Shown: positions 1-11,771, counted from the stretch's first letter. The stretch: DNA of 64,000 nt from an uncultured Clostridia bacterium (GCA_930979925.1 CAKNIB010000001.1:95597-159596), one strand, 5' to 3'. A program made the numbers and translations. The notes: generated by a model from the letters alone, not told the origin.

Positions 1-1326
1 CATGAGCTAGAAGACTTTAAGATGGGTTACGCAATCAACTGGACTGAGCTTATTGACTACTTGAAAAAACAAGGCTTTACATATAAGGAAATGGTGGATG
101 CTGGCGTTGCTCAGCAAAAAAATGGCAGATACTATGATGTTATGGCAGAAAGACTGGTGTTTCCGATATTTAACTCCTTTAACGAATGTATTGGCTTTAG
201 TGCTAGAGTATTAGGTCAGTCAGATTATGCTAAATACAAAAATACGGCTGAGACTTTGGTCTTTCAAAAAGGAAGGGTGGTTTTCGCAATTAACCTAGTA
301 AAAGCCCTTAAGCAGAAGAGCGGTCTTGATAAAATAATTATAGTAGAAGGTCAGATTGATGTAATAGCAATGCATAAGGCTGGTTTTAAAAATACAGTTG
401 CTTGCATGGGAACGGCTCTTACTAAAGAAAATGCTCATGAGCTTAAAAAACTTTCAAACAATGTGGTGCTATGCTTTGATGGTGATACAGCAGGCGAGAA
501 AGCCACGATTAGAAGCATTGATATCTTAAAGGAAGAGGGCTTTAATATTACGATTGTATCGCTTCCTGATAAACATGACCCAGATGAGGTATTAAAAGAG
601 TATGGTAAAGATTACTTAAATAATTTGATAAATAACGCGTTACCAGTAACTGATTATCTCATTCAAAGCGAACTTAAAAAATTTAACCTAGATAAGCCTG
701 ACGAAAAGGGTAAATTTGCGGTAGAAGCACTCAAACATATAGCTAAGCTTGGCTCCAATAGCGAGGAGGAGCCATACCTTGAAAAAGTTCGCGATTTAAC
801 GAATATCCCTATTGACGTTTTAAGGCGAGATTTGCAAAGAATTAAGACTGGACAAGCTCCTACGAAAAGTGATAAAAAAATAACAGAAGATGTTTTAACA
901 ACACGTGAAAATGGGAATATTAGAGCTATAAAGTTTATATTAAGTTCTTTAATATATAAGAAAGATTACGTAAATAAAAAGATAGATTACTCAAGACTTA
1001 TTCCGCGCCAGGCGGAGATAATACAAAAGGCTATGGAAGGTATCCCAATTTCATCATATTTTGACTATTTTGATGTGGACAACATGCCACTGCTTAAAGA
1101 ATGTCTAAACATGGATTTTGAGGATTATGAAGAGACAGGTAAACGTTATTTTGACGAGTGCGTTTGGTCTCTTGCAAGCCAAGAACTAATTAACAGGCAA
1201 AACGAACTTACTGAGAAATTTAAAAACTGCAATGATAATGACGAAAGAGCTAAGATTATGCAAGAGTTAAGTGCAGTTTCAAAATCATTGAGAGAAAAAA
1301 GGTTGGAGGATTTTTATGTTAGATAG
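1..1326 (+). CDS. dnaG: DNA primase DnaG, C-terminal ~440 aa (5' end lies outside the window)
   Basis: Reading frame is open to base 1. TOPRIM motif [14 protein letters not shown]...[11 protein letters not shown]. Sits directly upstream of rpoD as in the conserved dnaG-rpoD operon. Confidence 0.9.
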   Translation, partial: HELEDFKMGYAINWTELIDYLKKQGFTYKEMVDAGVAQQKNGRYYDVMAERLVFPIFNSFNECIGFSARVLGQSDYAKYKNTAETLVFQKGRVVFAINLVKALKQKSGLDKIIIVEGQIDVIAMHKAGFKNTVACMGTALTKENAHELKKLSNNVVLCFDGDTAGEKATIRSIDILKEEGFNITIVSLPDKHDPDEVLKEYGKDYLNNLINNALPVTDYLIQSELKKFNLDKPDEKGKFAVEALKHIAKLGSNSEEEPYLEKVRDLTNIPIDVLRRDLQRIKTGQAPTKSDKKITEDVLTTRENGNIRAIKFILSSLIYKKDYVNKKIDYSRLIPRQAEIIQKAMEGIPISSYFDYFDVDNMPLLKECLNMDFEDYEETGKRYFDECVWSLASQELINRQNELTEKFKNCNDNDERAKIMQELSAVSKSLREKRLEDFYVR

Positions 1327-2380
1327 TAAATTAGAGGCAGAGCTTAAACGATTATTTGATGTTGCTGTCAAGAAAGGCTCTATAAACGAGGAGGATGTAT
1401 ATTTTAGACTTTTAAAGTTTGACTTATCAGCGCAAGACATCCAAAAGTTTATAAAGAAACTTGAAAGCCATAAAATTAAGATTTTAAAGACGGACACTGA
1501 AGAGACCGATAATGATGACGCACTTGACATCGGCTATAGTGGTTTTGCTGCCGTTGATGACCCAGTAAAAATGTATTTAAAGGATATTGGTAAAGTCCCA
1601 CTTCTCTCGTCTGAAGAGGAGATAGAGCTTGCTAAAAAAATCTTAGAAGGCGATGAAGAGGCAAAATCGAAACTATGTCAATCAAACTTACGTTTAGTTG
1701 TTTCTATTGCAAAGAAATGGGCAAGCACCAACTCTCTATCTTTTCTTGACCTTATCCAAGAGGGCAATATGGGTCTGCTAAGAGCGGTAGAAAAGTTTGA
1801 CTATACCAAAGGCTTTAGGTTTTCAACTTATGCAACTTGGTGGATAAAACAGGCAATTACTAGAGCTATTGCCGACCAATCAAGAACGATAAGACTACCT
1901 GTCCATATGGTCGAGACAATAAACAGATATGGCAGAACTGTTAGACAACTCACACAAAAGCTTTCAAGAGAACCGACCCTAGAGGAGATAGCTGAGGCTA
2001 TGGGCATAAGCGAGAACAAGGTTGTTGAGATACAAAAGAGCGCACTCGACCCAGTTTCACTTGAGACTCCTATCGGCGAAGAAGAAGATAGCAAGATGAG
2101 TGACTTTATAGAAGACGAGTCAGCCAAGAGCCCAATGGAAGTTGCAGCACAAAATCTTCTTCACGAACAACTTATGGCGGTTATTGACACGCTAACTCCT
2201 CGTGAGCAACAGGTTATTCGCGAAAGATATGGCCTTATTGATGGTAAAGCCAAGACTCTTGAAGAGGTTGGTAAAGAGTTTAGCGTCACTAGAGAGCGTA
2301 TTCGTCAGATTGAGGCTAAGGCTCTAAGAAAATTAAAACATCCAAATCGTAGTAAAAAATTGGCGGACTTTATTAATTAG
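1316..2380 (+). CDS. rpoD: Primary RNA polymerase sigma factor (sigma-70/SigA)
   Basis: Region 2 [27 protein letters not shown] and region 4 [33 protein letters not shown] Shine-Dalgarno 5 nt upstream. Confidence 0.95.
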   Translation: MLDSKLEAELKRLFDVAVKKGSINEEDVYFRLLKFDLSAQDIQKFIKKLESHKIKILKTDTEETDNDDALDIGYSGFAAVDDPVKMYLKDIGKVPLLSSEEEIELAKKILEGDEEAKSKLCQSNLRLVVSIAKKWASTNSLSFLDLIQEGNMGLLRAVEKFDYTKGFRFSTYATWWIKQAITRAIADQSRTIRLPVHMVETINRYGRTVRQLTQKLSREPTLEEIAEAMGISENKVVEIQKSALDPVSLETPIGEEEDSKMSDFIEDESAKSPMEVAAQNLLHEQLMAVIDTLTPREQQVIRERYGLIDGKAKTLEEVGKEFSVTRERIRQIEAKALRKLKHPNRSKKLADFIN

Positions 2381-2419
2381 TAGGAGCCAATTGTATATAT
2401 TTAAGATAAAGGAGAAAAC

Positions 2420-3121
2420 ATGGATTTAAAAAATATTTTAGACTATCAAGCATTAGATAGCGAGCTTTTTAAGATAGAACGCGAGTTAAGAGAAAATCAA
2501 AATAAAAAGACGGCTTCAACCATGCACGAGAGCATGAAGGAAGCGCAAGGTCGCTCAATAAAACTTGAAGAGAAAGCGGGCTCGCTTTTAGCAGAGATTG
2601 AAAAGGTTAAAAAGCAATTTAAGTTGCAACAAGATAAAATGGATGAGTTTATGTCAAAGGACCTTGAAAAAATGTCAAAAGAAGAGCTTGAAAAACTTTC
2701 TTCACTTAAAGACAAATTAGCGCAAAACCTTGTTATTTTAGAGCGAAATCTTACCTCTCTTGCTGAGAATGTAAACGCAGTGTTATCTGACTTTAACAAG
2801 ACTATAAAAACCTTCAACTCATGTAAAGAACAATATGCTAAGAGTAAAAGCGCATATGAGCAAGACTTAAAAGCTGTCGAAAGCCAGAAAAGTGAAATTA
2901 CAAAGAAACTTGAAACTCTTTCAAAAGGTATTGAACCGCGCATTATGGAGGCTTATCAAAAGAGGAGAAAGGAGAATATCTTCCCAGTTGTCGTACCTTT
3001 AAATAACAACTCCTGTGGTGGCTGTCATATAGAGCTTCCATATGCCAATATTTCAAAACTTCAAGATGAGGGTATTCTCACTTGCGAGCATTGTCACAGA
3101 TTGATATATTTAAAGAAGTAG
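2420..3121 (+). CDS. Coiled-coil protein with C-terminal C4 zinc ribbon (COG1579/DUF164-like)
   Basis: Long heptad-like K/E-rich region, then CGGCHIELP...CEHCHRLIY. AAGGAG SD. Confidence 0.6.
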   Translation: MDLKNILDYQALDSELFKIERELRENQNKKTASTMHESMKEAQGRSIKLEEKAGSLLAEIEKVKKQFKLQQDKMDEFMSKDLEKMSKEELEKLSSLKDKLAQNLVILERNLTSLAENVNAVLSDFNKTIKTFNSCKEQYAKSKSAYEQDLKAVESQKSEITKKLETLSKGIEPRIMEAYQKRRKENIFPVVVPLNNNSCGGCHIELPYANISKLQDEGILTCEHCHRLIYLKK

Positions 3122-3128
3122 GTTAAGG

Positions 3129-3157
3129 AAGAAGAGCTAATAACTCTTCTTTTTTTA
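3129..3157 (+). terminator. Rho-independent terminator after the zinc-ribbon gene
   Basis: Stem AAGAAGAG / CTCTTCTT (8 bp), 7-nt loop, T-run. Confidence 0.7.
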
Positions 3158-3266
3158 TTATTTTAAATATTAAAATTCGCTTGCTAAAAACTATCAAATT
3201 AAATATAATATAGTTAAGCATTAGTTTTGCAAGAGGCAAAACATTCTATAACACTGAAGGCGGATT

Positions 3267-5651
3267 ATGATATTTAAAAAATTTTTCAATAAAGACGCCG
3301 ATAAGCAACAACATTTTGCACAAGAATTTAATTTATCTGAAAGAGTTACAGAGCTTTTATTATCAAGAGGTGTAAATACTAGTGAAGATATAGAAGAATT
3401 TTTAAATCCTAAGAAGCTTTATAACCCATATCTACTTAAGGGCATGAAAGAGCTTGTAGACAGGGTTAAGCTCGCAAAAGAATTAAAAGACAAAGTGCTT
3501 ATCTTTGGCGACTATGATGTGGACGGGGTTAGCGCAACCTCAATTATGTTAAAAGCGCTCAAAATCTTTGGCATAGAAGCCGACTATTACTTGCCAAACA
3601 GGTATGTGGACGGCTATGGCTTAACTAATAAGGTTATCGACAAGATAGCCGACCTTTATAGTCCAAATTTGATTATAACTGTGGACTGTGGTATATCATG
3701 CTATCAAGAGGTGGAACACGCTAAGAACTTGGGGATAGAGGTTATCGTTACCGACCATCACGAGATACCTGAGCTGCTACCAGATACCATTGTAGTAAAC
3801 GCAAAAATAGAAGGTCAAGAGTACCCGTTTAGAGAACTTTGTGGCACAGGCGTTGCTTTCAAGTTTGCTCAGGCACTTTTAGGCGAGAGGGAGGCAGAAC
3901 AATTTTTGCCAGTCACAGCAATAGCAACCATTGTTGATATTGTGCCTTTGATAAGTGAGAATAGATCTATAGTCTCAATGGGGCTAAAGATGTGCGATAG
4001 ATACCTGCCTCAAGGTTTAAAGATGATGTTTAAAGAATATGATATATCTTTGACCGCGCCAAACGCAACTGATATATCCTTTAAGATTGGGCCAAAACTA
4101 AACGCCTCTGGACGCATGGGCGACGCCAGCGACTCACTTAAGTTATATTTTGAAACCGACCCTGTCAAGATAAAAGAGGACTTAGCAAAAATCAAAGAAC
4201 ATAACACAAAAAGACAGGAGATATGCAATAAAATCTATGAGGACTGTGAAAAAGCCCTTGCTAAAATGGATATGAAAAATATGCGGGTTATAACTCTTGC
4301 CTCAAAGGTGTGGGATAAGGGCGTTCTCGGCATAGTTTGCTCTCGCCTCGTTGAAAAGTATCATAAGCCGGTGTTCTTATTCGCTCAAGAGGGCGATATC
4401 TTAAGTGGCTCGGGCAGAAGCATAGACGACATAAATATCCACGAATTGTTGTCCTCTCTCAAAGATATTCTAGAGACCTTTGGCGGACACTCTATGGCAG
4501 CAGGGCTTTCTCTAAAAAGGAGCAATTACGAGCAGTTTTGCCAGAAGATAAATTCCTTTGCGTTAAACTCAATAAGCGATGAAGTTTTTATTCCAATTAA
4601 ATACTATGACCAAGAAATAACAGAGGAAGACGTTACGCCAGAGTTTATAAAGGAGTTATCCTTGCTTGAGCCTTATGGCTGTGCAAATCCTCGCCCAAAG
4701 TTTAAGATAACTGCGCAAGATGTTGAAGTCCAGCCTATGAAGAAATTTCCTCAACATGCAAATATAAAGATAGGGAAATTAAACCTTACCTATTTTAACT
4801 TTATTGACGACATAGTTAAGATGACATTTTCAAGGTACAAATCTTTTATATTCGAATTTCAACCTCATTCGCAAAAGGGAGTAGTAGATAAGTTTGATGG
4901 CGGAAGTTTTATTATGGAAGACTCATACAAAAAATTAAACTCAATAGAGCTCAATCAACTTGTAGTGAAGGGTGATGGCAATTCTAGCTATAAACTCTAT
5001 CCAAAAGAGGAACTTCTATCTTTTGTGACAGGCACTTCGACTTCTGTTTTTGGTACATGTTTTGTAACTTATTCTTGCTACGATTATGTTGAGTTTTCAA
5101 AGAACTATGACACTCAAGGTATTTATCAGTTTGGAATTTATGAAGATAAGGAAATCGGGTATAACAGCCTTTTATTGTCACCAAAGGGTATAAATTGGGC
5201 TAAGAATTTTAGTAAGATTATCTTTTTGTCTCCAGTAATTGATAAAGACTTTATCTCAGCACTAAATAAGGTTACCGACGCTGAAATTTATCTTCCAGTT
5301 GAAGAGGGTGGCGACCCACGCAAGTTTGCCGGTATAGACCTTTCGAGAGAAACTTTTGGGAGAATTTTTAAGGCGATAGCAGGAAAGGCTAATAAGGCTA
5401 TATACAACGTCTTTGAGCTTTATGACAAATGTGATTTTAATAATAGAATATCTTTTAGCACTTTTTACTCGGCACTACTTGTGTTTAATCAGCTTAAGAT
5501 AATAGACATTGTTGACAATCAACAAATAATAATAAAAATAAATAAAGGTAAGAAAGATTTAAAAGAGTCAAGCATATATAATAATTTGTTATTATTAAAA
5601 GAAACTTTTAAAGGAGAAGTTGAAAATGCAAGAAACAGAATTGCTCGCTAA
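3267..5651 (+). CDS. recJ: Single-stranded-DNA-specific exonuclease RecJ (DHH/DHHA1)
   Basis: DHH motifs IFGDYDVDGVSAT, TVDCG, VTDHH. DHHA1-type GGHSMAAG. Confidence 0.9.
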   Translation: MIFKKFFNKDADKQQHFAQEFNLSERVTELLLSRGVNTSEDIEEFLNPKKLYNPYLLKGMKELVDRVKLAKELKDKVLIFGDYDVDGVSATSIMLKALKIFGIEADYYLPNRYVDGYGLTNKVIDKIADLYSPNLIITVDCGISCYQEVEHAKNLGIEVIVTDHHEIPELLPDTIVVNAKIEGQEYPFRELCGTGVAFKFAQALLGEREAEQFLPVTAIATIVDIVPLISENRSIVSMGLKMCDRYLPQGLKMMFKEYDISLTAPNATDISFKIGPKLNASGRMGDASDSLKLYFETDPVKIKEDLAKIKEHNTKRQEICNKIYEDCEKALAKMDMKNMRVITLASKVWDKGVLGIVCSRLVEKYHKPVFLFAQEGDILSGSGRSIDDINIHELLSSLKDILETFGGHSMAAGLSLKRSNYEQFCQKINSFALNSISDEVFIPIKYYDQEITEEDVTPEFIKELSLLEPYGCANPRPKFKITAQDVEVQPMKKFPQHANIKIGKLNLTYFNFIDDIVKMTFSRYKSFIFEFQPHSQKGVVDKFDGGSFIMEDSYKKLNSIELNQLVVKGDGNSSYKLYPKEELLSFVTGTSTSVFGTCFVTYSCYDYVEFSKNYDTQGIYQFGIYEDKEIGYNSLLLSPKGINWAKNFSKIIFLSPVIDKDFISALNKVTDAEIYLPVEEGGDPRKFAGIDLSRETFGRIFKAIAGKANKAIYNVFELYDKCDFNNRISFSTFYSALLVFNQLKIIDIVDNQQIIIKINKGKKDLKESSIYNNLLLLKETFKGEVENARNRIAR

Positions 5652-7731
5652 GTTGAGAGAGAAACTTTACAAAAACTTTAAACTCACAGTGAAAGAGAAA
5701 GGGCTTATTGAAGAAATATTTAAGCATGATTTAAATTTTGATAGAATAGACGTTATAACCAATATCATAATTGAGACTAAGCTTGATAAGTCTTCACTGA
5801 TGGCGTTTTTGTGCTATCAATTATATAAAGTCTATCCAGAGGAAGGCGATAAAATTTATAGCCAGATAAATAAAGAAGAGCAAGCTATGGTTGACGATTT
5901 CAAAACTATTAAAGATATCAACCAGCTCACTTTGTCTGAGGAGATTGAAGATATAAGAAGAATGTTTTTAGTTATGAGCAATGATATGCGAGTAGTAATA
6001 ATCAAGCTTGCAGGCATTTATTATGACATATCTGTGCTTGAATTGCCGCTCGACGAAAATCAAGGCAGATTTGTAAGACAGGTGCGCGACATCCATGTGC
6101 CACTTGCCGAAAGAATTGGACTTGATAAACTCAAACAAAATCTATATGATAACGTCATTAGACTAGAGCATCCAAAGGAATACAAAAGACTTAAAGAGAC
6201 TATTGAAAGCAAGAAAGAAGAAAATGAGGAGCAACTTCGAATTACCAAAGAGAAGATACAAAAGATACTTGACGACCTTAAAATAAATGGAGAGATTGTC
6301 AGTCGAATTAAACACGTATCTTCGATATTTAACAAGCTTCATAATAAAAGATTAACCCTTGACCAAATCTACGATATACTAGCAATGAGAGTAATAGTAG
6401 ACACAGTTGAGGAGTGTTACGCCGTTCTTGGCAGAATACACGCTATTTACAAGCCGATGACGGGAAGGGTTAAAGATTATATTGCAAATCCTAAACCAAA
6501 TGGATATAAGTCTCTTCATACTACAATAATTGTAGAAAACCAGCATCCACTTGAAGTGCAGATAAGAACTAAAGAAATGCACAAAGAGTCAGAATATGGC
6601 TCTTTTGCACACTGGCTGTACAAGGAGCAGAAGACTAAGAAGTCAGACTTTGATAATAGACTTACCTGGTTTAGACAGACAATAGAAAACGCTAAAAACA
6701 TGTCAAATGAGGACTTTATTGATACTCTAAAGAGCGACCTCTATGACGGAGTGATCATAGTCCAAACGCCAAAAGGCAGGGTTATAGAATTTCCAGAGGG
6801 CTCAACGGCTATAGATTTTGCCTATGCTATCCACACTGATGTAGGAAATACCTGTGTGGGCGCAAAGATAAACGGCAAACTTAAACCTATTACCACCATG
6901 CTTTGCAATGGTGACATAGTTGAGATTTTAACATCCTCTCATTCTAAAGGACCATCTAGAGACTGGCTCAAGTTTGTAAAAACAAGCGGAGCAAAAAGCA
7001 AAGTTAAAGCCTTTTTCAAGAGCGAGCTTAAAGAGGATAATATAAAACTTGGCAAGACCATGCTAAACCAGGCGGTGCAAGATAAAGGCTATACAAACGC
7101 CCAACTACTTACCGACAAATATCTTCCCGAGATATTAAAACGATACAATATGGAAGACATTGACGAGCTTTATGCAGCAATAGGCTCTGGCTCTTTGACA
7201 GCGTCACAGGTTACAAGCAGGTTTGTCACTCTCTATAACAATGATAATCTTACCTTGCCAAAGGTTGAAACGGTTGTACATTTAAAGAGGAACAAAGAGG
7301 GCGTACTAATTGACGGCGATAGTGGCATGCTTGTTCGCTTTGCAGGGTGCTGTAACCCAATTGAGGGTGATGACATTATAGGATATATTTCAAGAGGTAA
7401 GGGAGTTACTATACACAGAAAGAATTGTCCAAATTTAAAATACCTAGAAAGCGAGCGCTTGATAGATGCTCAGTGGCAGGTTAAAGAGAATGCAACCTTT
7501 ATGGCAACTATAAAGGTTATAGCCGAGAAGTCGGACAATAACATAGGCAGAATTACAAATCTTATCACTGGCTTAAAGATAAATATCCGAGGTTTTGACG
7601 CTAAAGACGTAGGCGACTCGTTTATATGTACACTTAGAATAGAAGTTAAAAACAAAGCAGAGCTTGAGAGTGCAATGACGTCAATAAGAAACCTTAAAAA
7701 TGTAACAAGTGTATTTAGGAGTGAAAAATGA
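5626..7731 (+). CDS. relA: Long RelA/SpoT-homologue (p)ppGpp synthetase with a degenerate hydrolase domain
   Basis: Synthetase motifs DILAMRVIV, RVKDYIANPKPNGYKSLHTT, EVQIRTKEMH, AHWLYK. TGS and ACT regions present. ATG at 5626 is preferred over TTG at 5620 because of spacing to AAGGAG. HD residues are replaced (see findings). Confidence 0.85.
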   Translation: MQETELLAKLREKLYKNFKLTVKEKGLIEEIFKHDLNFDRIDVITNIIIETKLDKSSLMAFLCYQLYKVYPEEGDKIYSQINKEEQAMVDDFKTIKDINQLTLSEEIEDIRRMFLVMSNDMRVVIIKLAGIYYDISVLELPLDENQGRFVRQVRDIHVPLAERIGLDKLKQNLYDNVIRLEHPKEYKRLKETIESKKEENEEQLRITKEKIQKILDDLKINGEIVSRIKHVSSIFNKLHNKRLTLDQIYDILAMRVIVDTVEECYAVLGRIHAIYKPMTGRVKDYIANPKPNGYKSLHTTIIVENQHPLEVQIRTKEMHKESEYGSFAHWLYKEQKTKKSDFDNRLTWFRQTIENAKNMSNEDFIDTLKSDLYDGVIIVQTPKGRVIEFPEGSTAIDFAYAIHTDVGNTCVGAKINGKLKPITTMLCNGDIVEILTSSHSKGPSRDWLKFVKTSGAKSKVKAFFKSELKEDNIKLGKTMLNQAVQDKGYTNAQLLTDKYLPEILKRYNMEDIDELYAAIGSGSLTASQVTSRFVTLYNNDNLTLPKVETVVHLKRNKEGVLIDGDSGMLVRFAGCCNPIEGDDIIGYISRGKGVTIHRKNCPNLKYLESERLIDAQWQVKENATFMATIKVIAEKSDNNIGRITNLITGLKINIRGFDAKDVGDSFICTLRIEVKNKAELESAMTSIRNLKNVTSVFRSEK

Positions 7732-9128
7732 TTAGTACTAATAAGGAAGACCTCAGCCTTGACCTTGAAAGCCTATGTAATAGCTTTGGTTTTGTAGATG
7801 GCAGAATAGAACATGTGGAGATAGAAACTCAAGGCAAGATTACAAACGAGTTTAAAATAGTCATGCCAGACCAAAAAGAGTATTTCTACTCGTGGACATA
7901 TGACTTAGATAGCACATTATCTGACCTAAGAAAAAAATCCTTGCGAAAGAGAATGGTAAAAAATCAGCTGCATAAAATATTATCAAAGCATTTAAATAAA
8001 ACTTTGCCTTGGGGTTCTCTCACAGGAGTGAGACCGACCAAACTTGCAAGAGACCTAATTATGTATGGCGAGATGAAAGAATATCTAGTAGCCGAGGTTT
8101 TAGAGAGAGATTATTTTGTTTCAAGAGAGAAGGCAGAACTTGTTGCAAACATACTTAAAAATCAAAAGTGCATTATAAGAAACGACAACCTAGTCGACTT
8201 ATATGTAAATATTCCCATCTGTCCAACTAGATGTATATATTGCTCTTTTGTGTCCAGCGAGCTAAAAGATGTAGCCAGCAAGGTAGACTTATATCTAGAT
8301 GCTCTTATCAAAGAGATTAACGCGGTGAAAGATATAATAAAGGACAAGGCGTACATAGTAAGAACAATTTACATAGGTGGCGGTACTCCAACCGTGCTTA
8401 CGGCAAGCCAACTTGATAGACTACTAAATGAGCTAAACTTCCCAGTTAGCGAATTTACTGTGGAGTGTGGACGAGCTGACACTATAACAGAAGAAAAGTT
8501 AGACATCTTAAAAAAGCATAAGGTTAGTAGAATTTCAATTAATCCACAAACATTTTGTAAAGCTACTCTTAAAAGAATAGGAAGAAAACAGGAGAATAGC
8601 GAAGTAATATCTGCCTATTCTAAGGCTCTTGAGCGAGACTTTTTAGTTAATATGGATTTCATTGCTGGCTTGCCGGGCGAGAAAATAGGTATATTTAAAA
8701 GGACAATGGATACCGCTCTTGAGCTTTATCCTAATAACATTACAGTCCATACATTATCTCTAAAGCGAGGTTCTGAGCTTTTTGACGAGAGCGATAAAGT
8801 AAGCGATAAAGACGTCGCTAAAATGGTTGATTACGCAGAGAGTCTTCTAACGCAAAATGGATATAAGCCATACTACCTTTATAGACAGAAAAATCAGTTA
8901 GGCGGACTTGAAAATGTCGGTTACTATAGAGATGATAGTATCTGTATATTTAACATTGATAGCATGGAAGAGACCAACACGATTATAGGCGTAGGTGCAA
9001 ACGCGATAAGCAAAAGGGTGTATAATATTGAAAATAAGATAGAACGCCAGCCTAACGTTAAATTTATTGAAGAATACATGGCAAGAATAGATGAGCTCAT
9101 AGAACGAAAGAGACAATTTTTTAAATAA
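7728..9128 (+). CDS. hemZ: Radical-SAM coproporphyrinogen dehydrogenase-like protein (HemZ/HemN family)
   Basis: CPTRCIYCSF CxxxCxxC cluster motif and GGGTPT. rel-hemZ adjacency is common in Clostridia. Confidence 0.7.
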   Translation: MISTNKEDLSLDLESLCNSFGFVDGRIEHVEIETQGKITNEFKIVMPDQKEYFYSWTYDLDSTLSDLRKKSLRKRMVKNQLHKILSKHLNKTLPWGSLTGVRPTKLARDLIMYGEMKEYLVAEVLERDYFVSREKAELVANILKNQKCIIRNDNLVDLYVNIPICPTRCIYCSFVSSELKDVASKVDLYLDALIKEINAVKDIIKDKAYIVRTIYIGGGTPTVLTASQLDRLLNELNFPVSEFTVECGRADTITEEKLDILKKHKVSRISINPQTFCKATLKRIGRKQENSEVISAYSKALERDFLVNMDFIAGLPGEKIGIFKRTMDTALELYPNNITVHTLSLKRGSELFDESDKVSDKDVAKMVDYAESLLTQNGYKPYYLYRQKNQLGGLENVGYYRDDSICIFNIDSMEETNTIIGVGANAISKRVYNIENKIERQPNVKFIEEYMARIDELIERKRQFFK

Positions 9129-9204
9129 AAAGGAAAAAGATAAAAATTCTTTTACATAAATTTTGAATTTTTAGTTTACAAATAGAAAAATCTATGCTAT
9201 ACTA

Positions 9205-9299
9205 AAAAAGTCGATTAAGTCCTTATAGCGCAGTGAGACCGAGACCTTCTGGCGCTCTGCTTCGTAAAAGGATAAAAACAAAAAATAGGAGGAAAAATC
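9205..9299 (+). promoter_or_regulatory. GC-rich structured 5' leader of rpsO (possible S15 autoregulatory leader)
   Basis: Promoter TTTACA-17-TATACT at about 9176-9204. The leader contains an AGCGC...GCGCT stem and a GAGACCGAGACC tandem, in otherwise AT-rich DNA. Confidence 0.35.
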
Positions 9300-9560
9300 A
9301 TGGAAAAGAAAGAGATTATTGACAAATATAAGCTTTCAGAAAATGATACAGGCTCTGTTCAGGTACAAGTTGCACTTTTAACTGCAAGAATAAACCACTT
9401 AAATGAGCATCTTAAGGCAAATCCAAAGGATAATCACTCAAGACGTGGCTTACTTCAAATGGTTGGTAAAAGAAAGGGCTTTTTACTTTACCTTAAGGAG
9501 AGAGACATCGAGGCTTATAGAAATCTAATCAAAGAATTAGGTATTCGTGAAGTAAAATAG
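9300..9560 (+). CDS. rpsO: 30S ribosomal protein S15
   Basis: [42 protein letters not shown]. Strong AGGAGG SD. Confidence 0.97.
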   Translation: MEKKEIIDKYKLSENDTGSVQVQVALLTARINHLNEHLKANPKDNHSRRGLLQMVGKRKGFLLYLKERDIEAYRNLIKELGIREVK

Positions 9561-9623
9561 TAAAGTATGGGGGAGATATGTTTTTATCGACCCTTTTTTT
9601 AAACAAGAATTTAAGGAGAAAAA

Positions 9624-11723
9624 ATGAAAGAAGACGCTAAAATTTATGAAATTGAAGTAGGTGGTAAAAAGGTAACCTTTGAAACAGGTAGACTTTGCGA
9701 ACAGGCAAATGGTAGTTGCCTTGTAAAATGTGGCGAGACAGTTGTTATGGTCAATGTTACAATGTCAAAAGAGCCAAGACCAGGTATAGACTTTTTCCCG
9801 CTCCAAGTAGACTATGAAGAAAAAATGTACTCTGTTGGTAAAATCCCTGGTGGATTTAAGAAGAGAGAGGGCAAGCCATCAGATAAGGCAATTTTAACCT
9901 CAAGACTTATTGACAGACCTTTGAGACCATTATTCCCAAAAGGCTTTTATCATGATGTAGTGGTAGTGGCAACAGCACTCTCAGTTGACCCAGATGTTGC
10001 TCCAGAGCCAATGGCAATGCTCGGATCAAGCTTTGCATTGACAATATCAGACATTCCTTTTGCTGGACCTACAGGCTCTGTGCAAGTCGGCTATGTTGAC
10101 GGTAAATTTATAATTAATCCAAACAGCGAAGAAAGAGAAAAATCGCTTATACATCTTACTGTATCTGGTACAGAAGACGCTGTATTAATGGTTGAAGCCG
10201 GTGCTCAAGAAGTTCCAGAAGAGACCATGCTTGACGCTATCATGTTTGCCCATGAAGAAATTAAGAAGATAGTAGCATTCCAAAAGCGTGTTAAAGAGGA
10301 AATAGGAAAACCTGTAGCCCAAGGTCTTGTATACGACATTGTGCCTGAGGAGATAGATAAGGCTGTACGAGAATATGCAAGTGAAAAGCTTGACTATGCT
10401 CTCGACACTTTCGATAGAGCTGAAAGACAATCAAGACAGGACGAAATAGACGTTGAAACTAAGGAACATTTTGCTGAAATTTATCCAGAAAGCGAAAAAT
10501 ATATTGGTCAAGTTCTTTATAAGATGACAAAAGAGAAGGTTAGAGCTAAAATTTTAAATCAAGGCGTAAGACCTGACGGACGAAAACTTACAGAAATAAG
10601 ACCTATTTGGTGCGAGGCTGGAGTACTTCCAAGAACTCATGGTAGCGCTATATTTACAAGAGGTCAAACACAAGTTCTAACAACACTTACACTTGGTACT
10701 GTTTCTGATATGCAAAAACTTGATGGACTTGATGACGAAGAGGTTAATAGATATGTTCATCACTATAACATGCCAGCATATGCAACAGGCGAAGCTAGAG
10801 GCATTAAGAGTCCTGGCAGAAGAGAAATAGGACACGGCGCTCTTGCTGAACGTGCGCTTGAGCCTGTTATTCCATCAGAAGAAGAATTTCCATATGCTCT
10901 TAGACTTGTATCTGAGGTGCTTTCATCAAACGGCTCTTCTTCTATGGCCTCAGTTTGCGGTTCAACTCTTGCTCTTATGGATGGTGGTGTTCCTATCAAA
11001 CGTCCAGTTGCTGGCATTGCTATGGGACTTATCAAAGATGACGAGAGTGGCAAAGTTGCAGTTCTTTCTGATATACAGGGACTTGAAGACTTCTTAGGCG
11101 ATATGGACTTTAAAGTTACAGGTACTGAAAAGGGTGTAACAGCTATCCAAATGGATATTAAGATTAAAGGCATTGATAAACAAATTCTTACAACTGCTTT
11201 AAACCAGGCAAGAGAAGGAAGAATGTTTATCATGAATAAACTCCTTGAAGAAATCAAAGAGCCAAGAGCCGAACTTTCTAAATATGCTCCAAAGATTATC
11301 ACCTTTACTATTGACCCAGATAAGATTAAGGATGTAATCGGAACTGGCGGTAAAATGATTAATAAGATTATTGATGAAACTGGTGTTAAGATTGACATTG
11401 ATGATGACGGACAGGTATTTATAGCTACACAAGACATTGAAATGGCAGAAAAAGCAAAGAAGATTATTCTCGGAATAGTTGAAGATGTAGAAGTTGGCGA
11501 TGTCTACGATGGTAAAGTTGTCCGTATAATGAATTTTGGCGCATTTGTAGAGTTTGGAGGCAATAAAGAAGGTATGGTTCACATCTCTAAGCTATCAAAT
11601 AAGCGTGTCGCAAAAGTAGAAGATGTAGTCAAGGTTGGCGACGTCATTGAAGTTGAAGTTATCAAGATTGATGAAAAGGGCAGAATTGACTTAAAACGAA
11701 TTGTACCAAAAGATGAAAAATAA
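9624..11723 (+). CDS. pnp: Polyribonucleotide nucleotidyltransferase (PNPase)
   Basis: Two RNase PH domains, KH ([11 protein letters not shown]) and S1 (GAFVEF...GMVHISK). rpsO-pnp synteny. Confidence 0.97.
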   Translation: MKEDAKIYEIEVGGKKVTFETGRLCEQANGSCLVKCGETVVMVNVTMSKEPRPGIDFFPLQVDYEEKMYSVGKIPGGFKKREGKPSDKAILTSRLIDRPLRPLFPKGFYHDVVVVATALSVDPDVAPEPMAMLGSSFALTISDIPFAGPTGSVQVGYVDGKFIINPNSEEREKSLIHLTVSGTEDAVLMVEAGAQEVPEETMLDAIMFAHEEIKKIVAFQKRVKEEIGKPVAQGLVYDIVPEEIDKAVREYASEKLDYALDTFDRAERQSRQDEIDVETKEHFAEIYPESEKYIGQVLYKMTKEKVRAKILNQGVRPDGRKLTEIRPIWCEAGVLPRTHGSAIFTRGQTQVLTTLTLGTVSDMQKLDGLDDEEVNRYVHHYNMPAYATGEARGIKSPGRREIGHGALAERALEPVIPSEEEFPYALRLVSEVLSSNGSSSMASVCGSTLALMDGGVPIKRPVAGIAMGLIKDDESGKVAVLSDIQGLEDFLGDMDFKVTGTEKGVTAIQMDIKIKGIDKQILTTALNQAREGRMFIMNKLLEEIKEPRAELSKYAPKIITFTIDPDKIKDVIGTGGKMINKIIDETGVKIDIDDDGQVFIATQDIEMAEKAKKIILGIVEDVEVGDVYDGKVVRIMNFGAFVEFGGNKEGMVHISKLSNKRVAKVEDVVKVGDVIEVEVIKIDEKGRIDLKRIVPKDEK

Positions 11724-11736
11724 CTTTTATAGCTAA

Positions 11737-11771
11737 AAACAAAAAAGACGCTACTGCATAGCGTCTTTTTT
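11737..11771. terminator. Bidirectional rho-independent terminator between convergent pnp and the desulfurase gene
   Basis: AGACGCTA / TAGCGTCT stem flanked by an A-run and a T-run. Confidence 0.8.

Noticed and set aside
10763-11437. 224-aa ORF antisense to pnp, and similar antisense ORFs at 15104-15622, 31544-31999 and 47490-47975
   Set aside because: They lie entirely inside well-supported housekeeping genes on the opposite strand. They are low-complexity (S/L/I-rich), have no RBS, and are typical shadow ORFs of AT-rich genomes.
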